NCBI GenBank assembly: GCA_024640885.1
Contig: JAHEEC010000006.1
Location: 5,238-69,237 of the forward strand
Length of the DNA stretch: 64,000 nucleotides
Reading direction: 5' to 3'
Source: Bacteroidota bacterium
GTDB taxonomy: Bacteria; Bacteroidota; Bacteroidia; Bacteroidales; GCA-2748055
Positions 8,867-17,606 of the stretch are shown in pieces. The notes under the pieces were generated by a model. The model saw nothing but the letters and a program-made list of their open reading frames with translations, was not told where the DNA came from and did not search any database. The position numbers and the translations under genes were made by a program. The first letter of the stretch is position 1; every line of letters begins with the position of its first letter.

Positions 8867-9808
8867 TTATTTGCCCTTAAGGTAAACTTCAATATTGCGT
8901 GCGATCTTCTCCACTAGAAGTTCCCTGGACTCCTTTGATGCCCAGGCCATGTGGGGGGTGATAAGGATTTTTTCCTTATCATAAAGCTTCAGCATCGGGT
9001 TATCGGCACCAATGGGTTCCTTTTCCATCACGTCGATGCCGGCTGCTCCTATGAGGTTGTCATTAAGCGCTCTTGCCAGGTCCTTTTCACTGATGATACC
9101 CCCCCGCCCCAGGTTCAAAAGGATGGCACAGGGCCTCATCATTTTGATCTTTTCATAGGTGATCAGGTTCAGGGTCTGTGCATTGAGCGGAGCATGGATC
9201 GAGACCACATCGGAACTCTTCAAAAGGTCATCCAGTTCAAAGCGTTTGTAACTGATGTGGTTGTTCCTGCCTGTGGTGGAGTAGAAGACCACTTCCATTC
9301 CGAAGGATTCTGCAATGCGGGCCACCTGGCGGCCAATGGTGCCCAGCCCGATGATCCCCATTCTTTTGCCTTTCAGTTCCCAGAATGGTTCGTTGTGATG
9401 GGTAAATAGTTTGCTCCTGGAATAGGCCCCGCTCTTCACATAGCTGTCATAATAATACGGCTTATTCACCAGGTAAAGGAGCATGGTAAATGTCAGTTGA
9501 GCCACCGAGTCGGTGGAGTAGCCTGTGACGTTCTTCACTTCAATGCCATTGCGCTGTGCATGGTCCAGGTCCACATTGTTCAAACCGGTGGCGGCCACAC
9601 AGATCAGTTTCAGATCAGGAAGTTGTTTCATGATGGCAGCCGTCAGCTCGACCTTGTTCACAATGACCACCTCATTTCCCTTGCACCTTTCCACCACCTG
9701 TTCAGGGGAAGTGTTTTCGAAAATCTCAAGTTTGCCCAGTTTGGAAAGCAACTTCATGTTGTCCACTTTCCCTATGGTGCCCGAATCGAGAAATACAATC
9801 TTGCTCAT
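8867..9808 (-). CDS. D-isomer specific 2-hydroxyacid dehydrogenase (glycerate dehydrogenase-like)
   Basis: GIIGLGTIGRQVA NAD motif, LLNLGRGGII, and DV..KEP...P. The ORF-track start at 9856 is TTG. ATG 9808 gives MSKIVFLD, typical of the family. Confidence 0.85.
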   Translation of the reverse strand: MSKIVFLDSGTIGKVDNMKLLSKLGKLEIFENTSPEQVVERCKGNEVVIVNKVELTAAIMKQLPDLKLICVAATGLNNVDLDHAQRNGIEVKNVTGYSTDSVAQLTFTMLLYLVNKPYYYDSYVKSGAYSRSKLFTHHNEPFWELKGKRMGIIGLGTIGRQVARIAESFGMEVVFYSTTGRNNHISYKRFELDDLLKSSDVVSIHAPLNAQTLNLITYEKIKMMRPCAILLNLGRGGIISEKDLARALNDNLIGAAGIDVMEKEPIGADNPMLKLYDKEKILITPHMAWASKESRELLVEKIARNIEVYLKGK

Positions 9809-9939
9809 TCCTCTTTTTCTATTGACAATAAACACCTGTTTATTGAATTGGTTCAAATTAGATAGGCAGAACAGGCGACTGATGGTTAAGGATTGTTAAA
9901 TGCAAGGGAATTCGGGAATATTTGGATACATTTAATACC

Positions 9940-10749
9940 ATGAGCTTTCGGACCCTGATACTGGCCATGACATTATTGATGGCCTCCCGCATTCACGTGT
10001 TGTCCCAGGTCCCTGATTCCATATTTGATTTATCAGCCATCATATACGATGAACAATTTTTTCCTGTACCGGCGAGCCATGTGATCAATCTTGGATCCCA
10101 CCAGGGTGCCGTGACAGACAGCCTTGGAATTTTCAGGCTGCCTGTCCGTTATTCGGATACCCTGCTGATCCGGAATATTGCCTTCAGGGACACCCTCGTT
10201 CGGGTGGAAGATCTTATTGGATGGCGGCGAATCGTGATCAGGAGGAGATATTATGAACTGAAGGAGGCAAGAATCTTTGAATGGGGATCGACCTACGGGG
10301 ATTTCAAGAATGCGATGGTCGAGATGCCCAACCAGCAGTCCCTGGGCGAATCCATGGGACTGCCCCGGCAGGATCCTGATTATATTCCCGTTGAGATGAA
10401 TGAAGCGGCAATTAAAAGTCCTGCATTCCTGTTAAGTTCCCCCATCTCTTTTTTCTACTATAATTTCAACAAACAGGCACAGTCGGCACGGAAGGTTTAC
10501 TGGATGGAGAAGAATGCACCCCTGCAGAAGGCATTTGACGAGATCATGGGAAGGGATAATCTATCTTCAATCACAGGGCTGACTGGTAACGATCTGGAGG
10601 AATTTGTGGCTTTTGCCAATGAAAGAATGAGGTGTGACTTCAGGTGCAGTGAACTGCAAATATATACAGAAATCTATTCGCTCTGGGAACTTTTCCAGGA
10701 ACTGGAAAAGCGCCAGATGCTCCACCCGGGGAAAACTGGCAGAGAATAG
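9940..10749 (+). CDS. hypothetical secreted protein (possible carboxypeptidase-regulatory-like N-terminal domain)
   Basis: ATG 9940 gives the signal peptide MSFRTLILAMTLLMASRIHVLSQ. The segment VINLGSHQGAVTDSLGIFRLPV...LLIRNIAF resembles CarboxypepD_reg-like folds. The call is weak. Confidence 0.5.
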   Translation: MSFRTLILAMTLLMASRIHVLSQVPDSIFDLSAIIYDEQFFPVPASHVINLGSHQGAVTDSLGIFRLPVRYSDTLLIRNIAFRDTLVRVEDLIGWRRIVIRRRYYELKEARIFEWGSTYGDFKNAMVEMPNQQSLGESMGLPRQDPDYIPVEMNEAAIKSPAFLLSSPISFFYYNFNKQAQSARKVYWMEKNAPLQKAFDEIMGRDNLSSITGLTGNDLEEFVAFANERMRCDFRCSELQIYTEIYSLWELFQELEKRQMLHPGKTGRE

Positions 10750-10824
10750 CTGCAGGCGCATTAATTGAATGGCATTCTTCCTGAACCCAGGTCAACCATT
10801 CCTGTTCACGGAAGTTTTACGGGC

Positions 10825-12414
10825 CTAAACAACCTTCTCGTTCTCCTTGTCCCAGAAAACTTTTCTATTTTCCTTATAGGCCATGGTGGCCATTGCGGCA
10901 CTGATGCCCTCCTCGAAGGCCTGATCGATGTTGCAACTGGTCTGTTTGCCTTCCCTGATGGCTTCTACCCATTCGGCAATATGAAGGTGGGTGGTGTCAA
11001 CCCTACGACCTCCCCGGTAAGTGTACAACAATCCCCTGCTTGCAAAGTACTGCTCGGTGGCGGTGGCCACAGAATCCACATTCTTCCGTCCGGGAATATA
11101 GGTGTATATTGGCAGGTCAGGATTAATCAAACCGCTCTCTATTTTCTCTTTATACCTGGTACTCTCACTGCAGGCATAAACCTGGAGGCTGTTGCCAAGT
11201 TCCATGGATCCGTCATGTCCCATGATCATTTTGCCGCGGTCCTTGTTGTTGGCCAGCGAGGCACTGTACATGAGGGTGAAATCAAGGTCTGGGTATTCCA
11301 TTACCGCATTCCAGACATCGGGCACCTCCCTGACCTCATTCACATAGTGCGCTTTGGATTTGTAGAAATAGACCCCTCCCGAGGAGACGGCCGATGCAGG
11401 GATCCCCATGCCAAGGATCTGGTTTACAGCATCAAATTCATGGGTGAGCAGGTCGCCGGAAAGTCCTGTTCCATAGTCCCACCAGCACCTCCACCGGAAA
11501 AAGCGCTCGGGGCTCCAGGGATGTTTTACATCACAGGGTTCTTCAAACTGGGCCCAGTCCACTGTCCTCTCGTTGGCATCCGGGTGGATGTCATAAACCC
11601 ATGCACCGTTTGGGGAATTGCGGTTCGTGCAAACCTCCACAAGGTTTATTTTCCCGAGCAGGTTCTTATCCACAGCCTCCTTGGCCTTGATATAACTTTC
11701 AGTCTGCCTGCCCTGGTGGCCCAACTGGAATACCACGCCACTCTCTTTTACAGCATCTCTTACCGCGAAAACCTCATCGACGGTCCGGGTAAGTCCTTTC
11801 TCACAGTAGACATGTTTTCCAGCCCTGGCTGCATCAATGGTGATGCGTGCGTGCCAGTGATCAGGTGCAGCGATGATCACCGCATCAATCTCATCGGAGG
11901 CCAGCATTTCCCGGTAGGTGGTGAAACGCTTTGGAGGTGTACCCATGGATCCCCCTGTACCTTCCCGACCAATATTGGCGGCTGCCTCCATGGCCAGGTT
12001 CGCGTGCACATCGAAGAGGTCGCATACTCCGGTTATCTTTATATTCAGGTCATCCTGTTGCAAAAACTCTTCATAACGGTTGTTCCGGGAATCTTTTTGA
12101 GCAGCGTCCTTCCATTCCTGAATGGTCTTGGGCGGGACAAATCCGGCAGCTTTCATGAGTTGTGTTCCCCTGATACCAAAACCAATAATCCCAAGCCTGA
12201 TGGTCTGGCCGTCATGTTTGTACGGAGTATATTCTATGCCCTCGCTGCTCATGTTGAGCTCACTGGCAAGATTGTGGCCTTTGATGTGGTCCTGTCTCCT
12301 TTTTCTCCATGTACCGTAAGCAAATGCGCCAAGCACCGGAACCGTCGCCAGGCCCTTGATCAGATCCCTGCGATTCATTTTATTTCCGGTATCACTACTT
12401 CCTTTTTCTGCCAT
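10825..12414 (-). CDS. Gfo/Idh/MocA family oxidoreductase with twin-arginine signal (GH109-like or periplasmic glycoside 3-dehydrogenase-like)
   Basis: 529 aa. Tat motif NRRDLIKGLATVPVLGAFA, Rossmann LGIIGFGIRG, and EKP-like HVYCEKGL. An alternative ATG at 12378 gives MNRRDLIK. Confidence 0.9.
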   Translation of the reverse strand: MAEKGSSDTGNKMNRRDLIKGLATVPVLGAFAYGTWRKRRQDHIKGHNLASELNMSSEGIEYTPYKHDGQTIRLGIIGFGIRGTQLMKAAGFVPPKTIQEWKDAAQKDSRNNRYEEFLQQDDLNIKITGVCDLFDVHANLAMEAAANIGREGTGGSMGTPPKRFTTYREMLASDEIDAVIIAAPDHWHARITIDAARAGKHVYCEKGLTRTVDEVFAVRDAVKESGVVFQLGHQGRQTESYIKAKEAVDKNLLGKINLVEVCTNRNSPNGAWVYDIHPDANERTVDWAQFEEPCDVKHPWSPERFFRWRCWWDYGTGLSGDLLTHEFDAVNQILGMGIPASAVSSGGVYFYKSKAHYVNEVREVPDVWNAVMEYPDLDFTLMYSASLANNKDRGKMIMGHDGSMELGNSLQVYACSESTRYKEKIESGLINPDLPIYTYIPGRKNVDSVATATEQYFASRGLLYTYRGGRRVDTTHLHIAEWVEAIREGKQTSCNIDQAFEEGISAAMATMAYKENRKVFWDKENEKVV

Positions 12415-12422
12415 AATATTTC

Positions 12423-12902
12423 TTACTGTTTCTTGTTACACAAATAGCGGTCGATCCCTACCTCATGCCATGTGGGGAACAGCACGATGACCCAGAGGGT
12501 CAGCATTTCGATCAGGTTCTTGTTGACCCACAAATAGCTGCCTTCACTTGGAATTGCATAGGTTACTCCGATCATTGCAGGGTGGGAGAGGTAGTAAAAT
12601 GCCAGGAGGATGATCCCTGAGATGGTAGCTACCCGGGTAAACAGTCCAACGATCAGACCTGCCCCAATGAGGATCAATCCCCACACATTTAAAAAATCCA
12701 TGATATTGAGCATAGTTGCATTACCGGCGATTGAGAGGAACAAGCCTTCAAAAATACCTTTGGAATCCATCAGGTATCCCAACGAGGACCAGTTTGGATT
12801 CAGCAACTTGGTGATGCCTTCATACAGGAAATGCCACCCAATGGCCACTCGCAGTATTACAAGTGACCATAATTGCAGGTTGGTGTAATTGGTTTTTTTC
12901 AT
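12423..12902 (-). CDS. DoxX family membrane protein
   Basis: 159 aa with four hydrophobic segments. LRVAIGWHFLYEGITKL is typical of the DoxX N-terminus. It ends 8 nt upstream of the Tat oxidoreductase gene. Confidence 0.75.
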   Translation of the reverse strand: MKKTNYTNLQLWSLVILRVAIGWHFLYEGITKLLNPNWSSLGYLMDSKGIFEGLFLSIAGNATMLNIMDFLNVWGLILIGAGLIVGLFTRVATISGIILLAFYYLSHPAMIGVTYAIPSEGSYLWVNKNLIEMLTLWVIVLFPTWHEVGIDRYLCNKKQ

Positions 12903-12936
12903 TCTGTGGAGTTGGAATAAAATAAAATGACAAACG

Positions 12937-12944
12937 CAAATTTA
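12937..12944 (-). promoter_or_regulatory. candidate -7 promoter box TAaaTTTG for the DoxX / Tat-oxidoreductase operon
   Basis: The minus strand reads TAAATTTG, an exact match to the Bacteroidota TAnnTTTG consensus, 34 nt upstream of ATG 12902. No good -33 TTTG is present. Confidence 0.35.
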
Positions 12945-12981
12945 ATAATTCTCCTTAAAGATAATTTTGAACCATTATGGA

Positions 12982-13398
12982 TTAGACCTGGCTTTTTATT
13001 TTTTTTCTGATCGCCAGGTGATTTTTATCGCCTTTTCTCTCATAGGTCAGCGAATCAGAAAAGGTCCGGATCAGGGTGATGCCCATTCCGCCGGCATCTG
13101 ATGCTGCCGGGTCAGAAATCCTGGGGGGTCTGTTTTCCAGTGGATTAAATGGGGTGCCGTCGTCGATGATCTCAATAAAGATTTCATTTTGTTCCCGGAG
13201 CAACCTGATTTCAACCTGGTGGTCCAGGTTATCCTCATAGGCAAACCTGATGATGTTGGAAAATAATTCTTCCAGGATCACCCCGATTTGATTCAGCTCT
13301 GAGGCCGGAATGGCCCACAATGCCGCCAGTTCGGATAGGTTCTTCCTGATGCGCGGGATCTCCTGGATGTCAGATCTGTATGTGTTTACGTTCTCCAT
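12982..13398 (-). CDS. RsbW/SpoIIAB-like ATP-binding protein (anti-sigma factor type serine kinase, HATPase_c)
   Basis: ILEELFSNIIRFAY (N box-like), IEIIDDGTPFNP (G1) and GGMGITLI (G2). ATG 13398 lies 1 nt after the FtsX stop codon. The 13422 start is TTG. Confidence 0.7.
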   Translation of the reverse strand: MENVNTYRSDIQEIPRIRKNLSELAALWAIPASELNQIGVILEELFSNIIRFAYEDNLDHQVEIRLLREQNEIFIEIIDDGTPFNPLENRPPRISDPAASDAGGMGITLIRTFSDSLTYERKGDKNHLAIRKKIKSQV

Positions 13399-13399
13399 G

Positions 13400-15802
13400 T
13401 CATTGTTCCGTAATAAAGTCAACGGGGTTGGTCCTTGCCAGGCGCCAGGTATGAAGAGATACGGCGATCCAGCTGAAAATCACCAGGATCAGCACGCAGG
13501 CGGGGAATATCCAGAGTGGAATGTCGGTCCGGTATTTAAAATTTCTCATCCAGCGCTCCATGAGAAGGTAGGAGGCAGGAATGGAGATTGCGGATGAAAC
13601 CAGTGCCAGCCATAGGTAGTACATCAACTCGGGCACAATGATATGGTGAATCCTTGCACCATGGATCTTTCTGAGCATGGCAGCTTTGATTCGTTTCTGC
13701 ATAAAGAAGCCACTCATCGCAAAGAGTCCCATGCCGGCAATGATGATTGAGAGCACACTGAAGATAATTAACATTCTTTTCTGGACAAGTTCCGCCCCAT
13801 AAAGCTGTTCTATGAGTGAGGAAGAAAAACTGTATTCCAGGGGGTATTCTGAAAAGAGCTCATTCCAGACAACCTCCAGGTGATCAAGAGTTGCAGAGGG
13901 ATCGCCAGAGGGCATGACTGAAAAACACCAGAGCCAGGTGTACTTTGGAAAAATTACCATGGGTGAAATCTCAAAGTCGAGGCCGGAAAGGTGGAAATCC
14001 TCCACGATACCTGTGACGGGGCCTGGCCAGATAAAGCCCTGGTAACTGAAATGAAGTGTAAGCTCACGGCCTATCAGCTCTTCGGGATTGCCAGTCAGCA
14101 TTCGGGCCGCGGTTTCATTTAAAACAAAGTACTCCGCTGAATCATCCGGATCATAGTTTTCCGGAAAATCAGAACCACTCACTATCCTCAATCCATAGAA
14201 ACGAAAGAAATTTTCATCCACCGGGAAAAGGAACAGCTGCTTATCCCCTTCGCTGATCCCGTCAATTTCAAAGGTGTTGGCATCCATGGACTGACCGGTG
14301 GGCTCTTCCATGCTTGCGGTGACACTTTTTACAGCCGGGCTTTCAAGCATCTTCTCCTTGAAAATCCCAAACTTATCCACGATGGCCCGGTGCAGGTTGG
14401 GCAGGTGAATGACCTCTGGATTGGTGGCTCCCAGCTGCTCCGCCATGGCATAACCGGTTTGCCTGGAGATCATGACAAGGTTTGATAAAAGGACAAAGGT
14501 GATGATGAATTCCAATACGATCACTGCCCTTATAAACAGGTTTTTCCGGGTGTTCTCAGGGGGCGATCCCTGCCTGGAAAATAAAAATTTTTGCTGCAGG
14601 TGACGGTAGATCCTCCTGGTTGAGAGCAGCGAGGTAATGAATGAACCGGCAACGATCAGCAACAGCAGAAGCATCAGGGAACACATTAATATCCTGCCAT
14701 CCTTGAAAATATGTGTGCCGGCCTGGTTTTCGATGGTGGGAATCAGGATCAGTGTGATCAGGATCCCGGTCACAAATGAAAGCGTCCCGACGAAGAGGTT
14801 GTCCACCATGAATTGCCTTAAAAACACCTGCCTGTCTGCCCCCATTTGCCACTGCACCACGAACCTTTGAATCTTCATTTGATTCTGGCTGAAAGCAAGC
14901 AGCGTAAAGTTGAACCATGCCAGCAAAAAGACCAGTATGCCTGCGATCATCAGGATCAGAATGGTCCTGAACCTGATGTTAGGCTGTATCTCCCTGGCTT
15001 TGTGCGAATGCAGATGGATGTCACCCACTGCCTGCAACCTGGGGTGAAGCTGCTCGGCATAGTCCTCTTCAAGGTTGCTTTCCAAAAATATTTTGATCTG
15101 ATCTTCGATCTCACCCGGGTTTGCTGACTCTTGCAATTTCATGTAGGCCCAGGCGGTACCGCTGTATTCCACCGGATTTTCAAAGGTCGTAAGGATTGAA
15201 ATTTTCAAATGTGAGTTTTCAGGAAAATCCCTGATCACCGCGGTCACTCTGTAGGTGGTTGGTTCTATTCCAAATTGATGGATCAGTTCAAATGATTTTC
15301 CAACTGCTTCACCGGGACCGAAGAATTTATTGGCTGTAGATTCGGTGAGGATTGCAGTAAATGGCTCTCCCAGGAGATTTTCACGTGCCCCCTGGAGGAT
15401 GGCTGGTTGAAATATCTCCAGGAAATCCCGGTCACATTCGAAGGCATACTGGTCGTAGAATGAGTCCTCCCCGATCAAGAAGGCCGCATTTCTGAAAGGG
15501 GCCAGTCGTCCCAATTTCTCGATCCCCGGCAGCATTTCGGAAAAAACCATCCGGTTCAGGGCCGTGCCATGAAGGATCCTTGCCGTGTGGCGGTAAAAAC
15601 CTTCATTGATCTCCTCGAACGTGAGCCTGTAGATGCGTTCCCTGTCAGGGTAGTCCCTGTCAAAAGTGAGGTGCCATGCCGACCACTGCACTGTGGAAAG
15701 AAAGGTAGTGATGCCAATGGCAAGCCCTACGATCACAAAGAGCGCGTAGAGGAGGTTTTTCTTAAGACTTCGTAAAGTAATTAAGAGATGCTTCCCAATC
15801 AT
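13400..15802 (-). CDS. ABC transporter permease, FtsX/MacB type (two FtsX modules)
   Basis: 800 aa. N-terminus MIGKHLLITLRSLKKNLLYALF, large extracytoplasmic domains, and two 4-TM FtsX-like blocks. This is typical of the Bacteroidota 800-aa family. Confidence 0.9.
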   Translation of the reverse strand: MIGKHLLITLRSLKKNLLYALFVIVGLAIGITTFLSTVQWSAWHLTFDRDYPDRERIYRLTFEEINEGFYRHTARILHGTALNRMVFSEMLPGIEKLGRLAPFRNAAFLIGEDSFYDQYAFECDRDFLEIFQPAILQGARENLLGEPFTAILTESTANKFFGPGEAVGKSFELIHQFGIEPTTYRVTAVIRDFPENSHLKISILTTFENPVEYSGTAWAYMKLQESANPGEIEDQIKIFLESNLEEDYAEQLHPRLQAVGDIHLHSHKAREIQPNIRFRTILILMIAGILVFLLAWFNFTLLAFSQNQMKIQRFVVQWQMGADRQVFLRQFMVDNLFVGTLSFVTGILITLILIPTIENQAGTHIFKDGRILMCSLMLLLLLIVAGSFITSLLSTRRIYRHLQQKFLFSRQGSPPENTRKNLFIRAVIVLEFIITFVLLSNLVMISRQTGYAMAEQLGATNPEVIHLPNLHRAIVDKFGIFKEKMLESPAVKSVTASMEEPTGQSMDANTFEIDGISEGDKQLFLFPVDENFFRFYGLRIVSGSDFPENYDPDDSAEYFVLNETAARMLTGNPEELIGRELTLHFSYQGFIWPGPVTGIVEDFHLSGLDFEISPMVIFPKYTWLWCFSVMPSGDPSATLDHLEVVWNELFSEYPLEYSFSSSLIEQLYGAELVQKRMLIIFSVLSIIIAGMGLFAMSGFFMQKRIKAAMLRKIHGARIHHIIVPELMYYLWLALVSSAISIPASYLLMERWMRNFKYRTDIPLWIFPACVLILVIFSWIAVSLHTWRLARTNPVDFITEQ

Positions 15803-15865
15803 GGTCGAATCCTAGCGAGGGTAAATATAGCGATTCAGGGTATAACCGGACCCGATGACCTGAAT

Positions 15866-16918
15866 TTATTTGCTTTCAACAAAATCCCGGATCTCCTTCA
15901 TGGCAAGCAAGGCATCACTCAGGATCATATGGAAGCTCATAAATCCGTGGATCATCCCGCTGTATTCGCAATATTGGACATCCACGCCTGCAGCTTCCAT
16001 TTTCCTGGCGAAGAGCCTGCCGTCATCCCTGAGCGGGTCGCACTCTGCGGTGATGATGAGGGCCGGACAAAGATCGCCTGTCAGATTTGCCTCCAGGGGA
16101 GATAGATAGGGATGGCGGTCGTTTGGCTCATCTCCCATATACTCGGATTTTACCTTTCTGAGGAAGGATTCACTGAGAATATAAATCATTTCCGGGGAGT
16201 TGCAAAAATAGTTGCGGGAGGAGGTAAGTGTGTCCACAAAGGTAACCCCTGGATAAACGAGGATCTGGCACCGGGGCTGGGGCCTTTCCCGGTCCCTGCA
16301 CATGAGTGTGAGCACCGTGGCAATGTTCCCCCCGGCGCTGTCACCCATGATGCTGATCCGGGTTGTGTCCACCCCAATGGAGGAACCATGTTCCTGGAGC
16401 CACTTCAATGCGTTATAACAATCTTGCAGGGCTGCAGGGAAGGGATATTCAGGAGCCAGCCGGTAATCCACTGAGATCACGATCTGACCGGTTATCCTGG
16501 CAAGTTTACTTACCATCACATGGTAGGTTTCTATGTCTCCCATGATAAAACCACCTCCGTGAAAAAAGAGGATGACCGGGTGGTTCCCTTCCAGGCTGTT
16601 TCTTGTGGGGTAATATATCCGCACCGGAACTGGCACTTCTGATAATCGCAGTGTGGTATCGACCATTTTTTTCTGCGGGGTTGCAAGTATATCAAGCATC
16701 CAGTCAGCCGGCAGCCTGTATCCCTCGGGATCTTTCATGATCTGGTTGAATTTTTTCATGATTGAATAAGCTCCCGGTTTAAGGAATGTGCCCGGTTCAG
16801 GTGTGGCATATTTCTCCCTTGTCCGGTCGCTGGAAGGCTGGTACTTTTCAACTCCTCCGGGATGGCATCCGGTAAAAACCAGGAAGATCCAAAGTATGGA
16901 GCATCCGACTTTCTGCAT
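15866..16918 (-). CDS. alpha/beta hydrolase, hormone-sensitive-lipase-type esterase
   Basis: HGGGF oxyanion motif, GDSAGG nucleophile elbow, and a C-terminal DPLRDD...H triad region. ATG 16918 gives the lipoprotein-like signal MQKVGCSILWIFLVFTGC. ATG 16984 is also open. Confidence 0.85.
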   Translation of the reverse strand: MQKVGCSILWIFLVFTGCHPGGVEKYQPSSDRTREKYATPEPGTFLKPGAYSIMKKFNQIMKDPEGYRLPADWMLDILATPQKKMVDTTLRLSEVPVPVRIYYPTRNSLEGNHPVILFFHGGGFIMGDIETYHVMVSKLARITGQIVISVDYRLAPEYPFPAALQDCYNALKWLQEHGSSIGVDTTRISIMGDSAGGNIATVLTLMCRDRERPQPRCQILVYPGVTFVDTLTSSRNYFCNSPEMIYILSESFLRKVKSEYMGDEPNDRHPYLSPLEANLTGDLCPALIITAECDPLRDDGRLFARKMEAAGVDVQYCEYSGMIHGFMSFHMILSDALLAMKEIRDFVESK

Positions 16919-17103
16919 GGCAACTACAATTTCGTAAAAAATCATGCCTTTTTGCCTAACAAAAGGGATGTTATGCAGTATCATGACTGTTTACGTGCCG
17001 GTAACGGTAGTTGACATCTCCCAATGGCCCCTTTGCTTAAAAGCCTCTCTTTTTCTGGACAGGAATGACTTAATTGACTAACTTTTAAGACAAAGTGGTT
17101 CAA

Positions 17104-17601
17104 ATGCATGCAGCAAGAATCATATCCGTTTCCTTCCTTCTCATTCTGGGAGCCATATTTCCGGGATCCATGGAGGCACAGGTGGTAAAATACGACCATC
17201 CGATGTTCGATATCGGGTTTGAGGCTTCACCCGATTGGGAAGAGACTTTGCACAGCTATAACGGAAAAGTGTTCGAGGTGACCAACCCGAATAACAACAT
17301 GCGGGTGAACCTGAGCTATATAGCTGGTTGCCGAAATCCCCAGAAACATATGAAGCAACTGGCAGGGATGGAGGGGATGATTACCCCCGGGAAACCATAT
17401 GATACCTTGCTCAATGAGAAGAAGGCCGTGATCATGCAGGGTATGTGCATTGAGGGAAAAGTGCCTTACCGAAGGTTGGTGATCGGGATCCCTGGCCATG
17501 AGGGGCTATACCTTATGGAGATATGTTGTCCTGAAGACTGTTATGCCAACCACAAGGAGAAGATGCAAACCATCCTTGGGACCCTCCATGTAGGCGCCTG
17601 A
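17104..17601 (+). CDS. hypothetical secreted protein
   Basis: ATG 17104 gives MHAARIISVSFLLILGAIFPGSMEA. No recognisable domain. Confidence 0.5.
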   Translation: MHAARIISVSFLLILGAIFPGSMEAQVVKYDHPMFDIGFEASPDWEETLHSYNGKVFEVTNPNNNMRVNLSYIAGCRNPQKHMKQLAGMEGMITPGKPYDTLLNEKKAVIMQGMCIEGKVPYRRLVIGIPGHEGLYLMEICCPEDCYANHKEKMQTILGTLHVGA

Positions 17602-17606
17602 GCAAG

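Noticed and set aside
11666-11674. Perfect DnaA box TTATCCACA
   Set aside because: It is a single isolated copy inside the oxidoreductase coding sequence, with no neighbouring boxes or AT-rich element. One 9-mer match in 64 kb on two strands is not unexpected.
10765-12447. 560-aa plus-strand ORF, longer than the annotated gene on the opposite strand
   Set aside because: It is in the exactly opposed codon register to the 529-aa minus-strand Gfo/Idh/MocA gene. It therefore stays open simply because that gene uses no TTA, CTA or TCA codons. The minus-strand product has a Tat signal, Rossmann and EKP-like motifs, while the plus-strand translation is motif-free and G/P/H-rich. It is a shadow ORF.
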